In this document: positions 1-12,280 of the stretch, piece after piece
How positions within the stretch are numbered: position 1 is the stretch's first letter
Layout: each line of letters opens with the position of its first letter
Assembly: GCF_032191835.1 (NCBI RefSeq)
Contig: NC_083223.1
Location: 163,370,001 to 163,434,000, forward strand
From: Heteronotia binoei
Lineage: Eukaryota
Direction of reading: 5' to 3'
Length of the DNA: 64,000 bases
Notes under the pieces: generated by a model
The model's database searches: none
Told to the model about the DNA's origin: nothing
The model's input: the letters and a program-made list of their open reading frames with translations, nothing else
Made by a program: the position numbers and the translations under genes

Positions 1-490
1 TAGGGTTGCCAATCCCCAGGTGGGGGCAGGAGATCCCCCAGTTTGGAGGCCCTCCCCATGCTTCAGGGTAATCAGAAAGTGGGGGAGGGGAGGGAAATGT
101 CTGCTGGGCACTCCATTATTCCCTATGGAGACTGATTCCCATAGGGTAGAATAGAGAATTGATCTGCGGGTGTCTGGGGCTCTGGGGGGTGGGGGCTGTT
201 TCTTGAGGTAGAGGCACCAAACTTTCAGCATATCATCTGATAACTCTCCTCTAAACACTCCCGAAGTTTCAAAAGGATTGGATCGGGGGTCCAATACTAC
301 GAGCCCCAAAAGAAGATGCCCTTATCCTTCATTATTTCCAAATGGAGGGAAGGCATTTAAAAGGTGTGCAATCCCTTTAAATGTGATGGCCAAAACTCCC
401 TTTGAAGTTCAATTATGCTTGTCCCAATCTTGCTCCTGGCTCCAGCCCCAGAGTCCCCAGATATTTCTTGCATTGGACTTGGCAACTCTA
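1..490 (+). mobile_element. Non-autonomous DNA transposon (hAT-like), TIR TAGGGTTGCCA
   Basis: Starts tagggttgcca and ends tggcaactcta (inverted repeat). A homologous inverted copy is at 41036-41491. Relatives in this window have 8-bp TSDs. Confidence 0.7.
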
Positions 491-766
491 CACAAGAATA
501 AGAGCAAAGAGCAACAGAAAGAAGAATTTAATACTACTTGAAGGTGAATATTGTAAGCCAAAATGCCCTCAAAACGAGGTTGGGGAATAGTCAGGTGGGC
601 ACTTGGCTCACTAGGGATCTTTTACCTATGTATACAAGATTAACTGTCCAGAAAGGTAATGCGTAAGAATATTGGGACTCTAATTAAGTAAAATCAGTTA
701 AAATTTATTGGGAAAAATATAGGCTTCCATACAAGATAAAATACTCATAAAACACACATTCAGTCC

Positions 767-844
<78 letters not shown>
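767..844. repeat. (GATA)n/(GACA)n microsatellite
   Basis: Run of tagatagata... followed by gacagaca. Confidence 0.98.
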
Positions 845-1989
845 TTTACCTATCGTAGTCTTCAAGGAAGGCTCCAATGGCAACAAGCGAGGAAGTGGGA
901 AAAGGGACCCAAAACTGATCAGGAATCGGGGATGGATCTATGCAGCGGAAGTTGGGATACTGATAGAAGCACACCTGTGGGTAGCTAGTCCACAGATTAT
1001 AAGGACTCTCTTGAGCCCTTAGGGGATGGAAGGTACGAGGGAGGAGAAAGGTGGTCAGCTGGTGCGTGACCTCATGAAAAGGGGAGGTTTTGCAGTGACC
1101 ATAAGGGCTGGACTACTGCGACAACCAATTGAAAGTGCATTGGTGACACCTAATTGGGTGCCTGTTCTTGACCAATGGACTTGCCTGGATCCTGGAAACC
1201 TGAGTGAACTTTCAGGTTGAAATGGACCAAGGGGTGGCTCCAAAGTGACAGTTGGAAAGAAGAATAGAAGTGACTACTGGGTGGGGAACACTCAAGATTA
1301 GGGAACTTATCTGAAAGGGTGACAATAGAGAGTCAAATTGTGGCCTGGGTAACACCCAGTATATACAAAGGAACTTGGCTCGGGCTGAAGATGGTCTTCC
1401 TCTTCTTCTGTCTTCTTCTGGGCACCAGTCTTTGTCTAGAGTTCCGTTAAACAAAGAAAGTGGCAGTTGGACTATTAACCACTCCTGGGGTGGGTAGGTT
1501 GCTTGTAGGCCAAAGGTGACATCTGGTGTGTACGTGAGCCGTCCGCTTCGCTGGAATGGTGTCGAGCATGGTAGGAAGGTGGCTGCGTGGCGTTAGCCCT
1601 CCACGGTGGATTCCATGGTCAGAACTTCATAACCGTTTGCCTGGATAGCTCCTGGCGGCGCAGTTTCCTTCGCTCCAATGCTGGGATGGCTATCATACGG
1701 AATGACGGGAAGCCTTCCGTTCTCCTGGTGGGCACTCTTGTACCGGTTTAGTGTGCCTTTGTAGCATTATGGCTGCTTGTACTGCATAAGTCCCTTTTGC
1801 CCCTGGATAGGTTTACCCACACACTCTGGCCAGACGTGTGCGAGTCACTTCTCCAGGTGCTCTGGCAACCAAGCTGGTAATCACGATGTTCTATAAGGGG
1901 GCTCTTACTTACAATTCTATCTTTGTAAATGAAAAATGCCTGTTGAAATATGGGCGGCAGATTATTTCTGGCAACTGCATCTCCTTGGA

Positions 1990-2150
1990 AGGGCTACATG
2001 TGAATAGAAGACCTGAGTTCAAATCTCACTCTGATATTAGTTTGCTGAGTAATGCTGAGCCTTGGGCTGGTCTCTCTTTCCCTCTCCCTCTCTCTCTCCA
2101 AGTTTCAGCCTAATCAATCTCACAGTGGTTTTGTGAGGATACAGTGAGCA
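1990..2150 (+). mobile_element. Old MIR-like SINE fragment
   Basis: acctgagttcaaatctcactctg...ccttgggc...cagcctaa...ctcacag...ttgtgaggat, the MIR/CORE-SINE pattern. Confidence 0.55.
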
Positions 2151-2530
2151 CAATGCAACATGGAACCCATTCTGGACTTCTTGGAAGGAGAGCTGAAAAA
2201 AATATGATAGACTAGGAATAAGGCCCATAGTGGGGAAAAATATAACAGAGGCTCTAGGTGAGTGCCCCCCACTCTTACTTCCCTCTCAACTACCTCCACA
2301 CCCTTGGCATTCAACTACTCCACCACCCATGACAGTCACTCACCCCTCACTCTTGCTGTCCCACCTACCCAGCAATCCTTGGCCTTCACTCACCCCACCC
2401 CCCACACCAGTACTGTCTTCCCACCCACCCCAATACTTGGCATTCATTCACCCCCCCACCCTTGCTGTCTTGCCACCCACCCCACAGCTAAAACAGATGC
2501 CGTCTTCCAACACACACACGTGTGTGTGTC

Positions 2531-2870
2531 AATCAATCAATCAATCAATCAATTTTTATTTGTATCCCGCCTTCCCTGCCAAAGCAGGCTCAGGGCGGCT
2601 AACAAGATAATCAATACATTAGTTTTACAAGGCATTTGAACATAACTAATTAACACATTAATTAAAATTCTACTAAAACTCTAAAATCAATAAAATCATT
2701 AAAATTAATATACTGGTGCTATTGTGTAGGTTTCACTAGCAGTTTCCCTTAATCGGTGAAGGCCAATCGGAACAGGGTGGTCTTGCAGGCCCTGCGGAAC
2801 TGTTCAAATTCCCGCAGGGCCCACAGATCCTCCGGAAGCTGGTTCCATAGGCGTGGCGTGTCCCCATGTC
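2531..2870 (-). mobile_element. L2 LINE 3' fragment with (ATTG)n tail
   Basis: The reverse complement matches the 3' end of the L2 at 30777-31971 (gttagccgccctgag...ggcgggatac; cagttccgcagggcctgcaagacc). Confidence 0.75.
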
Positions 2871-3123
2871 TGTGGTGGCTCAAGTCCTTGAAAGATGCCA
2901 AGAATGGAGATAAAGAATAATAATTATGGAGATGTGGGGTTACATGATGATAGTCACATGGATGCTGATGCTCAGCATTCCTTTTGTTTGCAGTGCATTA
3001 TTGCCACCTTTTCCTATTGTATTCAGCCTTGCAGCATTTAACATCAGCATGAACTTGTGGTGTGATCTGTTGTTTTTGTTATTGTTTTGGCCTGGCATGG
3101 TTGAGAAATGGTATACCATAGAG

Positions 3124-3300
3124 CAGGGGTGGGGAACCTTTTTTCTGCCAAGGGCCATATGGATATTTATAACATCATTCGCAGGCCATAAAACATTATC
3201 AACTTAAAAAACAGAGTTCTGCCGAGGGAGAATGATTCAGGTCAGCAAGATTAATGCAAATAATTGTCTTTCTATTTGAAGTCAAGTGGGGAGAGCCTAA
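3124..3300 (+). mobile_element. hAT MITE fragment
   Basis: Begins caggggtggggaacctttttt...gggccat, a typical hAT TIR and subterminal pattern. The right end is not resolved. Confidence 0.55.
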
Positions 3301-3679
3301 TCTGGCACACACACACAGAGTCCACCACCCTAGGCAAATCCAGGGCTTTTTTGGTAGAAAAAGACCAGCAGGAACTCAGTAGCACATCAAGCCTCATCCC
3401 CTAATATTAGCATATAAGGTCACACACTCATTAGCATATTAGGCCACACCATCTGGGATAATCAAGTGCAAACTGAACTATGACAGTAATTTTTCCAGGC
3501 CCTGCAGCAATTCTGGTCAGCCAGCCAGGCCCCAGGGAGACTGCTGCACAGTACATCTGGGCCCTGTGATCCCTGCCTGGCCCTGGGGAGGCTGCTGCAC
3601 AGCACGGCTGGGCCCCATGATCCTCACTGGCCAGCCAGGCCCCAGAGAGGCTGCCACATGGCTCAGTTCGGCCCAACAA

Positions 3680-6600
3680 TCCCTGAGGGCCACACCAAGT
3701 GACCTCCGTTCCTTTAATCAACCTGGATCCTGCAGGCAACCCCCTGTCCCCTTGTCCCCCATCAGCTGACTTAATTGATCTGACTATGGAAGTCTCTCTA
3801 ACTGGCTCAAGGGCACCCCAACATAATGGCTGTATTTTCATTGATGACGCCAGGGTCCTAGAAAGGATCTCCATTATCGATTGACTACCAGCTAGGGAAG
3901 CCACAAGGAATATCTACATTGTCTCCTGGAACATAGCTGGGTGGAAGAGTAAAGTGAATGACTCAGATTTTTTGGACTTTTTGAAATGCTTTGATTGTGT
4001 CTTCCTTCAGAAAACATGGGCGGAAGACAGTTTTAGACTGATGGATTTTAAAGTTTTTAATCTCCCTGCTTATAGAACTCATTCTAAAGGTTGCAGTAAA
4101 GCAGGCCTGGCTGCTTTGGTGAAATCCAACTTACCGTTTAAGGTGGTCCTCTTGGATCCTTGCCCGCCATTTGCCCAGGCTTTATTGCTGTCCTCTCCAG
4201 CACTGACTCTAATCATGATTAATGTTTATTTAGCCCCTTCTAATGGAGAGCTGGAGTTTGATGCTGTCTGGGAGAAATTTTCTGATTATGTGATGTCTTT
4301 GTCTAGGAAATTCCATACTGCTCAGCTCATGTTTTTTGGTGATTTTAATGCTCAGATAGGCAGTAATAATCAGAAATGGATCTCTCATTTTGGCTTTGAA
4401 GTGGCTGAATCCCTGCCACTACAATTATGTTTGCTCCATTGTTCTAAAGATACTTTAACCAATAAGGCGGGTCTTAAGTTAATTGAATTCTGCATAGCAC
4501 ACAACACTATAATATTTAATGGTCTCTCCAAATTTCCGGCTGCAACTGATTTTACTTTTTTTTCCACACGGGGTTGCAGTGTGATAGATTTTTGTTTGGG
4601 TTCACCCAACCTTCCGTCACCTATCGATAATTTTTACATTGATTCACGCATGGAAAGTGACCACTTGCCCCTAATTCTATCTTTAAGATTAGATCTGCAG
4701 GTTAATATGGTATCATCTTCCCAATCTGTGAAGGCCTCTGAGATTGTTCTAAAAAAAAATCAAGTGGTCCCCGGCCCTAGAAAGGGAGTTTTCTTCCCTC
4801 TTTGGCTCTGAAGCACTGTGCAGATTAAGGGATTCAATCATAAATTCCAATTCAGATGATACAGTCCTTTCAGGATTCTCATTATTAATTGATTACTGTA
4901 GTGCTAAAGCTAAACCTGTGATCTTGTCTAGGTCTAGTTTCTCCAGCTGGTTCGATACAGATTGTTTAGCTTGGAAACAAGAACTGAGAGCACAATTTAA
5001 AGAGGCCTGTCACTCCAAAGACCCAACAAAAATTAAGGCCTATATTGCTTGTAAGACAGCCTACCTGGAGCTTATTACATCCAAAAAGAAAGTTTTCTTT
5101 CAGAATAAATGGGACCAACTTTACCACTCGATAAAATCTAATGATAATAAGGCTTTCTGGAGAATGATTTCTGGTAATCTAAAAAACAATTCTGTTATTG
5201 ACCCAAATATTTCAGTGCACACATGGGTTGATTACTTCTCTAACATTTTTGCTGCTCCATGTATATCCCCTCCTATCTTAGCAAACCCCACAGTTACTGA
5301 TATGCCGGTCTGGCCTCTAGTGACTCTAGAGAAAATCAATGATTTATTGAAGGATTTAAAAGTGGGTAAAGCACCAGGCCCTGATGGCCTTCCCACTGAG
5401 GTATTCACAAAGTTTGCCAACTGGTGGCTCTTGCCCCTTGCAAAATTGTTCTCTTTCATTGATCTGCATGGCTCCATCCCAGACTCTTGGCTTGATTCTA
5501 TAATTATCCCAATTTACAAAGGGGGGGGGGGGGGGGTTGGCATTACCAGAAAATTTCTGCCCCATTAGTTTATTATCTCTAGTGGGCAAATTGTATGCCA
5601 AACATTTAGAACTCCGATGAACTGACTGGATGCGCCTAGGTAACATCACAGGTCCTGAACAAATTGGCTTTTCCAAAGGCAAATCTGCAATGGACCATTG
5701 CTGCTCTTTGGCCTTCCTTGAAAAATATATGCATACCGGGACAAAAAAATTATATGCTGCCTTCATCGACTTGAAGGGCGCATTTGATTCAATAGATAGA
5801 GCCCAACTATGGATTAAGCTAGGTTACCTGGCAATTAAGGTATTCAAAGCTAAAACGCTAGCCCAAATTCTCTATGGTATCCCTATATGGATCTCAGCAT
5901 TTACCAGGAAAGTGGAGGGCATTCAAGCCTCATTCTTTAGACAAATTCTTGGTATGCCAAAATGTGTGTCCTACTTTGCTCTCTGCTCTGAAGTGGGTCG
6001 GTCTTTGGTGGAGACAAAAGCCTGGATTGCAGTGTTTAAATTCTGGCTCAAAATTCACTTTAGAACAGATCCTAACAGCCTTCTTGATTGTATGAAAAGA
6101 GACCCATATATTTCATCCTGGACAGCAGTGCTTATGTCCAAATTTAACCAGTTGGGGATAGAGGTTGATTATTTTTTTACTTCTGATGAGTCATATATCT
6201 TCAGATGAATTAAATTGAGACTGTGGGAGTTGGAGGAAACGAAACTGCGGCCAACAGACCCTTATATTTGCTCCCCAGCTTCCTTAGGTCTTTATGCTTT
6301 CTGCGGCAAAATGCCCTATTATCTATCAGACTTAACCATTCCATGTCATCGCAGGGCATTTATGTTGGCTAGACTAAATGTGTTTCCCTCCAAAGTTTTA
6401 CAAGGGAGATATCAAGTCCCTTTAGGTGACAGACTCTGTTCCTGTGGAGTGAATATTCCCGACTCAATTCAGCATATATTGCTTGATTGTTCCTTTTATC
6501 ATAATCTCCGTAAAGATTTATTTTGAAAGCTTTCTTTCTCCCCAGATTTGTCTATTCTGCCACACTGTTATTATTTATTGAATGATACTGAGGGGGAGGT

Positions 6601-6773
6601 TAGCGAGGCTGTGGCAAAACTTTTGGCTGACATCCTTAAATTTAAGGATGACCATGTATGAATGCATCTGTAAGCTCGGTTTCATTTTGATTTTATCTTC
6701 AATGTTTAAATTTTTATATTCTGTGTATTTTTATTTGCAACTGTTATGCCAGTAAAGGTTTGGTATGGTATGG
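3680..6773 (+). mobile_element. Degenerate RTEX-like non-LTR retrotransposon (APE + partial RT + C-terminal CCHC)
   Basis: APE motifs VSWNIAG, FGDFNA, SVIDF and SDHLPL. RT motifs GKAPGPDG, QIGF and FIDLKGAFDSIDR. C-terminal CSCG...QHILLDC..Y..LR. Ends with atgccagtaaaggtt(tggta)n. Several frameshifts and stops. Confidence 0.8.
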
Positions 6774-7621
6774 TGATAACATCTAGTTAAATTCTAGAGA
6801 TGGAATTTAAATGCTTTGTTGCCAAAAATGCAATCAGCCAGGTAGTCTAGCAAACACATATCCTTGCTTTAAGTTGTCTACATGGAAATAGAAATATAAC
6901 CAGGACAGAATTTCACTTGCAAATTGAATATTTCAAGATAACCATAATTCCAAGAGATGTTAATTGTTCGAGACAGAGACTTTATTATAAATGCAAATGC
7001 ACTATAAAGCAAACATTTATTTTCATGATGATTAAATTATGGCTAATTATGACTCATTAACAGTCAACATGCATGAAAACTGAGTTTGTCAGACTAATAT
7101 TCTTACCAACTAGAAATACATTTTGGATGAGAATTAATTTTCCACAGTATTCCTGATCCACTAAAGCAGGACAATATGGACAAAATGAACAGATAGCAAA
7201 CAACAAAATCCTGTCCTAGAAAGGGAATATATTGATAATACAATAGAATGCATATTGGCTGGTGCATCTATGCAAATTCATCACTCCTTGACTGCAACAT
7301 AAAGTAACCACTCACATGTGTGAAAGGTCCACCCTAGCTGGCCTGGTGAATGGAACTGTTAAGGATTTTGTTAACCTCACAAAGATGTAATTGGGGAGCA
7401 TATATATAGTGAGCATGAATGGAAAGCTCTAACATCTCTTAATAGGGTGATGTACTTGTTCCTCATATTGATATTGGACACATTTCTTCATACAAAGGAC
7501 ACAATTCTTCATTAACTATATTATGTGCCTCAATTCAACATTTACATGTGCCCCCTTGCCCAGATAGTCCAGAGATATGGGCTGGGTGGTCATCAGTATG
7601 CAAATGACACCCAGTTATATC

Positions 7622-8235
7622 TTCATCATCATACCTTTTATTGGCATACTCAGGCATAACATGAAATAAGGACAGATAAAGTATACAATCTGAGATTAAG
7701 AACAATAAGCGAATAAAATTTATAGTGAAACATGCCCCACATAGATTTTAATGGACTTCTCCAGAAATTTACTAACAGTCCTTGTGATTTCTATTTAATT
7801 GTCTTCAGTAGGCGGCAGTAGTCAATCCCATTCACTAGGTTACAGGGAAGGAGAGAAAGATTTCCAAACAATTCCCTCCGGGGATTAGAATACAACTGAC
7901 AGTCCAGCAATATATGTTGGATGGAATCTGGGCTGTTTGCCCTACAAGGACAGACTCTCTCACTATATGGGATTTGGAGGAATTGCCATAAAAAATATTT
8001 GAAGGAAAGGCATTCATCCTTGCCAACATAAATGCTCTCCGTTGCTCGGGGCTTTCTAGATCATATAAATAGTTGGCCATTTTTCCGATGGGTTGAGCAA
8101 GACCAAGCGCCACCGGTAAGCATGTATAATATTAAACAGAATATAACTTAGTTAATTCTAAATCAAGGAACCTTTAATCAATCTAAAATAATAGGATTCA
8201 TCAGATAGAAAATTATAAGATTCATCAGATAGAAA
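7622..8235 (-). mobile_element. RTEX-like 3' fragment nested antisense in L2
   Basis: Minus ORF RRAFMLARMNAFPS is homologous to RRAFMLARLNVFPS at 6.3 kb. Tail atgccaataaaaggt(atg)n. Confidence 0.8.
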
Positions 8236-9081
8236 ACGATCTGGACCTGGGATTGCAAGATATAGTGATATGGCTCAGGCAGAGTTGACTGAAATTGAAT
8301 CCAGTGAAGATGGAGGTCCTGTGCCTAAGTCATGATGACCTGGGAAGAGAGATCCCTCTTCCAGCCTTTGATGGGATGCCTTTGGCACCAGCTTCTAGGA
8401 TCAAGAGCTTAGGGGTGCTTCTGGAGCCTTCATTGGCAATGGAGGCCCAGGTAGCAGCCACTGCCAAATCTGCATTTTATCATCTTAGGCAGATAAGGCA
8501 GTTGGTTCCATATCTGGAGTGCAGCGACTTGGCAACAGTAATCCATGCGATGGTCACCTCAAGAATAGACTACTGTAATGCCTTCTACATGGGGCTGACC
8601 TTGACTCAAATTCAGAAGCTGCAACTGGTACAAAACGCAGCATCCAGGTTGTTATTGGAGCTACCTTTACAGGAGCACATTCAACCTGCTCTGGAAATGC
8701 TGCACTGGTTGCCTGTGGTGTCCCAAATTCACTTCAAGGTGCTGATAACCTTTAAAGCCCTATATGGCCTGGGACCTGTCAAGACCACCTTTCCCCATAT
8801 GTGTCCCAGAGAACACTATGTTCAGGTTCTCAAAATCTCCTCATGATCCCCGGGCCAAAAGAAGCTCAGCTGTCTACCACTAGAGCTAGAGCCTTTTCGG
8901 TAGCAGCCCCCACCTTGTGGAACGCCCTCCCTGAAAACATCAGGGCCCTGCAGGACCTGCCACAGTTCCGCAGGGCCTGTAAGACTGAACTGTGTAGACT
9001 TGCTTTCAACAGCTAAGGGAAGGTGACTATCACTTGACAGCACTGACAACCTAACCAACACCAATATAACTTTATTTGTAC

Positions 9082-9381
9082 AGTGCCGTGGCGCGGAGTG
9101 TTAAAGCTGCAGTACTGCATTCGGAGCCCTCTGCTCATGACCTGAGTTTGATCCCTGACGGAAGCTGGGTTTTCAGGTAGCCAGCTCAAGGTTGACTCAG
9201 CCTTCCATCTTTCCAAGGTCAGTAAAATGAGTACACAGCTTGCTGGGGGGGGGGAATGTAGATGACTGGGGAAGGCAATGGCAAACCACCCCGTAAAAAG
9301 TCTGCTGTGAAAACATTGTGAAAGCAACGTCACCCCAGAGTCGGAAACGAGTGGTGCTTGCACAGGGGACCTTTCCTTTCC
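9082..9381 (+). mobile_element. Sauria SINE
   Basis: tRNA-like head, core caaggttgactcagccttccatc, BovB-like ggcaatggcaaaccacccc segment, and accttt-type tail. Confidence 0.85.
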
Positions 9382-11734
9382 TAAATAACATCTAGCAACA
9401 TCGATGAATGGAACATTAAACAACAATTAGTAACATTGACATCCATCTTGGCTTTTTTAGGGATTGTAAAATTGTATAAAATGGTTCTTATTGTATATTT
9501 TGTCATTTTATATGTTGCCTTTAACTGTTGTTAGCCACCCTGAGCCTGTTAGGGGAGGGTGGGATATAAATATGAATAAATAAATAAAACTAATAAATAA
9601 ATAAAAATTCTGTGAGATAGAAATATCTGACTTCACATATAAGAACTGGAGTGCATAGGTTTGTGAACTGACAAAGAGGAGTAGGAGGGAGTTAAGTAGC
9701 TCCATTTACATTGCAGCAGGCCACCTTTGCCTTACAGAATACAGAATTTCTATTTTCTGAAATTCATGTTTGTAGATATAGCCATTAATTCCTTTTATTC
9801 TCTTTTTAAAAAAGATTAATTTATCTTTCATTTATCTTTGACTAGCTGGATACCCATGCTTTGCTATGGTATGTAAGTACTATTTGTGAATTTCTTTGCT
9901 GTATCTCTAAGTTGCTTCCTCCTTGTAGCATTGGTGTATCTTACACAACATCTGCCAGGAGTTTTCTTGAGGGCAGTAAGAAGTGATGGTTGTGAGAGGT
10001 GTGGGGGGGAGTTGGCCTGAGGGAGGAGTGGCGTGGTGGACAATTTGGCATGTTCATGTGAGAGGTTCACTTCCAAAAGGGTCCTCAAAAGTTTGTGCAC
10101 CGTTTTCCTGATCATTTGAAAGCTCAGTTTCCATACCACCTTTTATGCAAAATCCCTAATGAATTTTCACAGGAAGACTGGGAGGTGCATTTTACCTCAG
10201 GGCACATTCAATGACTCCCAATAAGAAATGCATACTGTTTAGAATGTTGTGGGTGAGGACCCATCAGGTCACATATGCAAATAACCTCTGTGCTCCAACT
10301 GTTTTGGGAGTGGGGGGATGAGGTATGGAATGTTGTCAGCAGTTTCCTGTAACTGTAACTCATACAAGCCAGGCTCCACAGGAAGGTCGGCAAGCCTAGT
10401 GAGCTTTAGAATCAGGTGGGTTATGCAAATGGCCTTTTGCTCTAACTGTCTCTGTGAGCGGGGGAAGAGGCAGCAGCCTCCAAGCCACACTGTATCCTTA
10501 TGGGGAAACACATTTTACTCCTTTTTACCTTCTTATGAGGTGAATTCCCTAAAATCCTTTTTACTGGCTGTCTACATCATGAAAGGAATGTTCTCCTCAA
10601 ATTTCAAGTTTCTAGATCCAGGGGTTTTGTCTAGAGCCGGATTTGTAGGTCAGGAGACTTGTCTTTACATAAATATATAGATTTCTCTTCACACTCTTCT
10701 GTTATGCTGCCATGCACCCTTTTGTAACTTCAGCCCTTTTTTAATATTACATACCACAGGGTACTCTAGCAGAAAGGTATGACAATTTGGGAACACACTG
10801 CCTGCCACTGAGTATTTGCAAAATAAAATTCTATAGAACCTTCTTTCCTGCCCCACCTCTCTTTGAATTTCTGTTTCAATCAAAACTGAACTGATTCAAA
10901 AGAGACTCCAGATTCCTAAAAAGAGGGAAACATATTGTTGGATTTCAAGGAGAAACTGGATACAGAGAAATTAGAAGAATTTCTGTTAATGCTACCAGAG
11001 ACCATATATGGGCACCCATTATCATTTGTCATTAAAATCTTTCAAATGCACAAGCTGTTTGCTGAGCAGGGCATAACACTTGATGTGTCATGAAAAGAAA
11101 ATGTCACTATTATAGAAGTCTGTTATAGTTAGGCAGTGACCAATCAGTGTTTTCCCTAGAAGGAAGAAGAAAGTATTCATGGGACTACATAGATAATTAG
11201 AATTGCAAACAATACATGTCCTCATCTTTAAACATTTGGCTTCTCTCCCATTTAAAATTATTTTGTTAATATGAATATGTAACCTTTCCAGGAGAAAACC
11301 CCCAGCTATATATTTCCCTTCTAGAATGCTAATAAACATAAATCTAAAAATATTTTTAACCACAGCAGCACACTGAAATAACCACACTGGGGACAGAAGT
11401 TAAGTTCTCAGAGTGATATATATGGAAAACTAAGCCTGTGAGCTATTTATGCAACTGCTGAATGATTGTACTGAGATACTAGATTGTTAGGGTTTTCCTT
11501 ATGCTAGCTGAACGCTTTGAATGAAAAAGGACATTGGGATAGCAAAATTATTAAAAATTAATCCTTTTGGTTTTGAGTTCTAAGAGTACAAAGCAGAATA
11601 GTTTGGGAGTGACAATCAGTATAGATCAAACAAACAAGTAATATGGCGCATTTCTAACTTTTGAATAACTTGCAGAATTTTTAAAATTAAATGCGCCCTC
11701 CCAAACCTAAAATGTTGATTTGAATAGGTACTAC

Positions 11735-11771
11735 ACTACATTTGATCTTAGCCAAAAGGCCGAGAAGCGAT
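11735..11771 (-). pseudogene. 3'-truncated U2 snRNA retro-fragment (nt 1-37)
   Basis: Reverse complement atcgcttctcggccttttggctaagatcaaatgtagt equals U2 nt 1-37 with one mismatch. Flanked by ttgaataggtac (11720-11731) and ttgaatagatac (11772-11783). Confidence 0.92.
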
Positions 11772-12039
11772 TTGAATAGATACCATTTTTTTTTTACTTT
11801 ACTATCATTTTGTAGATTTTTCATTTTGTGTTAACTTAATGTTGCCAACATTGTGTGGACTCTACAGTCATCAGTCAAAAACCTGCAAGGACTTTCAGGG
11901 GACACCTCAGTTTCCCCTGCATCCCATTCCCCACACTATTTCCTCTTTCCCTCCTCCTGGCAGCTTCCATATCCTCATCTTTCCCTGCTTCCTTGTCTCC
12001 TTCCTACTCAACAACCAATCTAAATTTTACCTACCCTCC

Positions 12040-12280
12040 AAACTTCAGCTAGACTTATTATTTATTTACTTTGTTTATGCCAAGCTTTTTTCCACAACAA
12101 GAATTCAAAGCAGCTCACATCATTCTCCTCTCTTCCATTTTATATGCACAACAACAACACTGTGAGGAAAGTTAGGCTGAGATCATATGACTTGCCCAAG
12201 GCCAACACAGCAGAGTGAGGCCTGAAATTTGGATCTCCCATATCCTAGTATGAAATTTTAACCACTATACCACACTGGCT
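12040..12280 (-). mobile_element. MIR-like SINE
   Basis: ctgtgagg...ggctgaga...gacttgcccaagg...ttaaccactataccacactggct. Confidence 0.7.

Larger units (their letters stand above)
7534..9605 (+). mobile_element. 5'-truncated L2 LINE interrupted by an RTEX fragment and a Sauria SINE
   Basis: FNIYMCPLAQIVQRYG...QYANDTQLY at 7534-7620. Resumes near 8236 (LKLNPVKMEVL...SRIDYCN...LHWLPV). L2 tail gttagccaccctgag...gggatataaat(aaat)n ends about 9605. Confidence 0.85.

Noticed and set aside
5521-5536. Poly-G run as a functional G-quadruplex or Gly tract
   Set aside because: It sits at the YKKG position of a dead LINE ORF and is best explained by homopolymer expansion or sequencing error.
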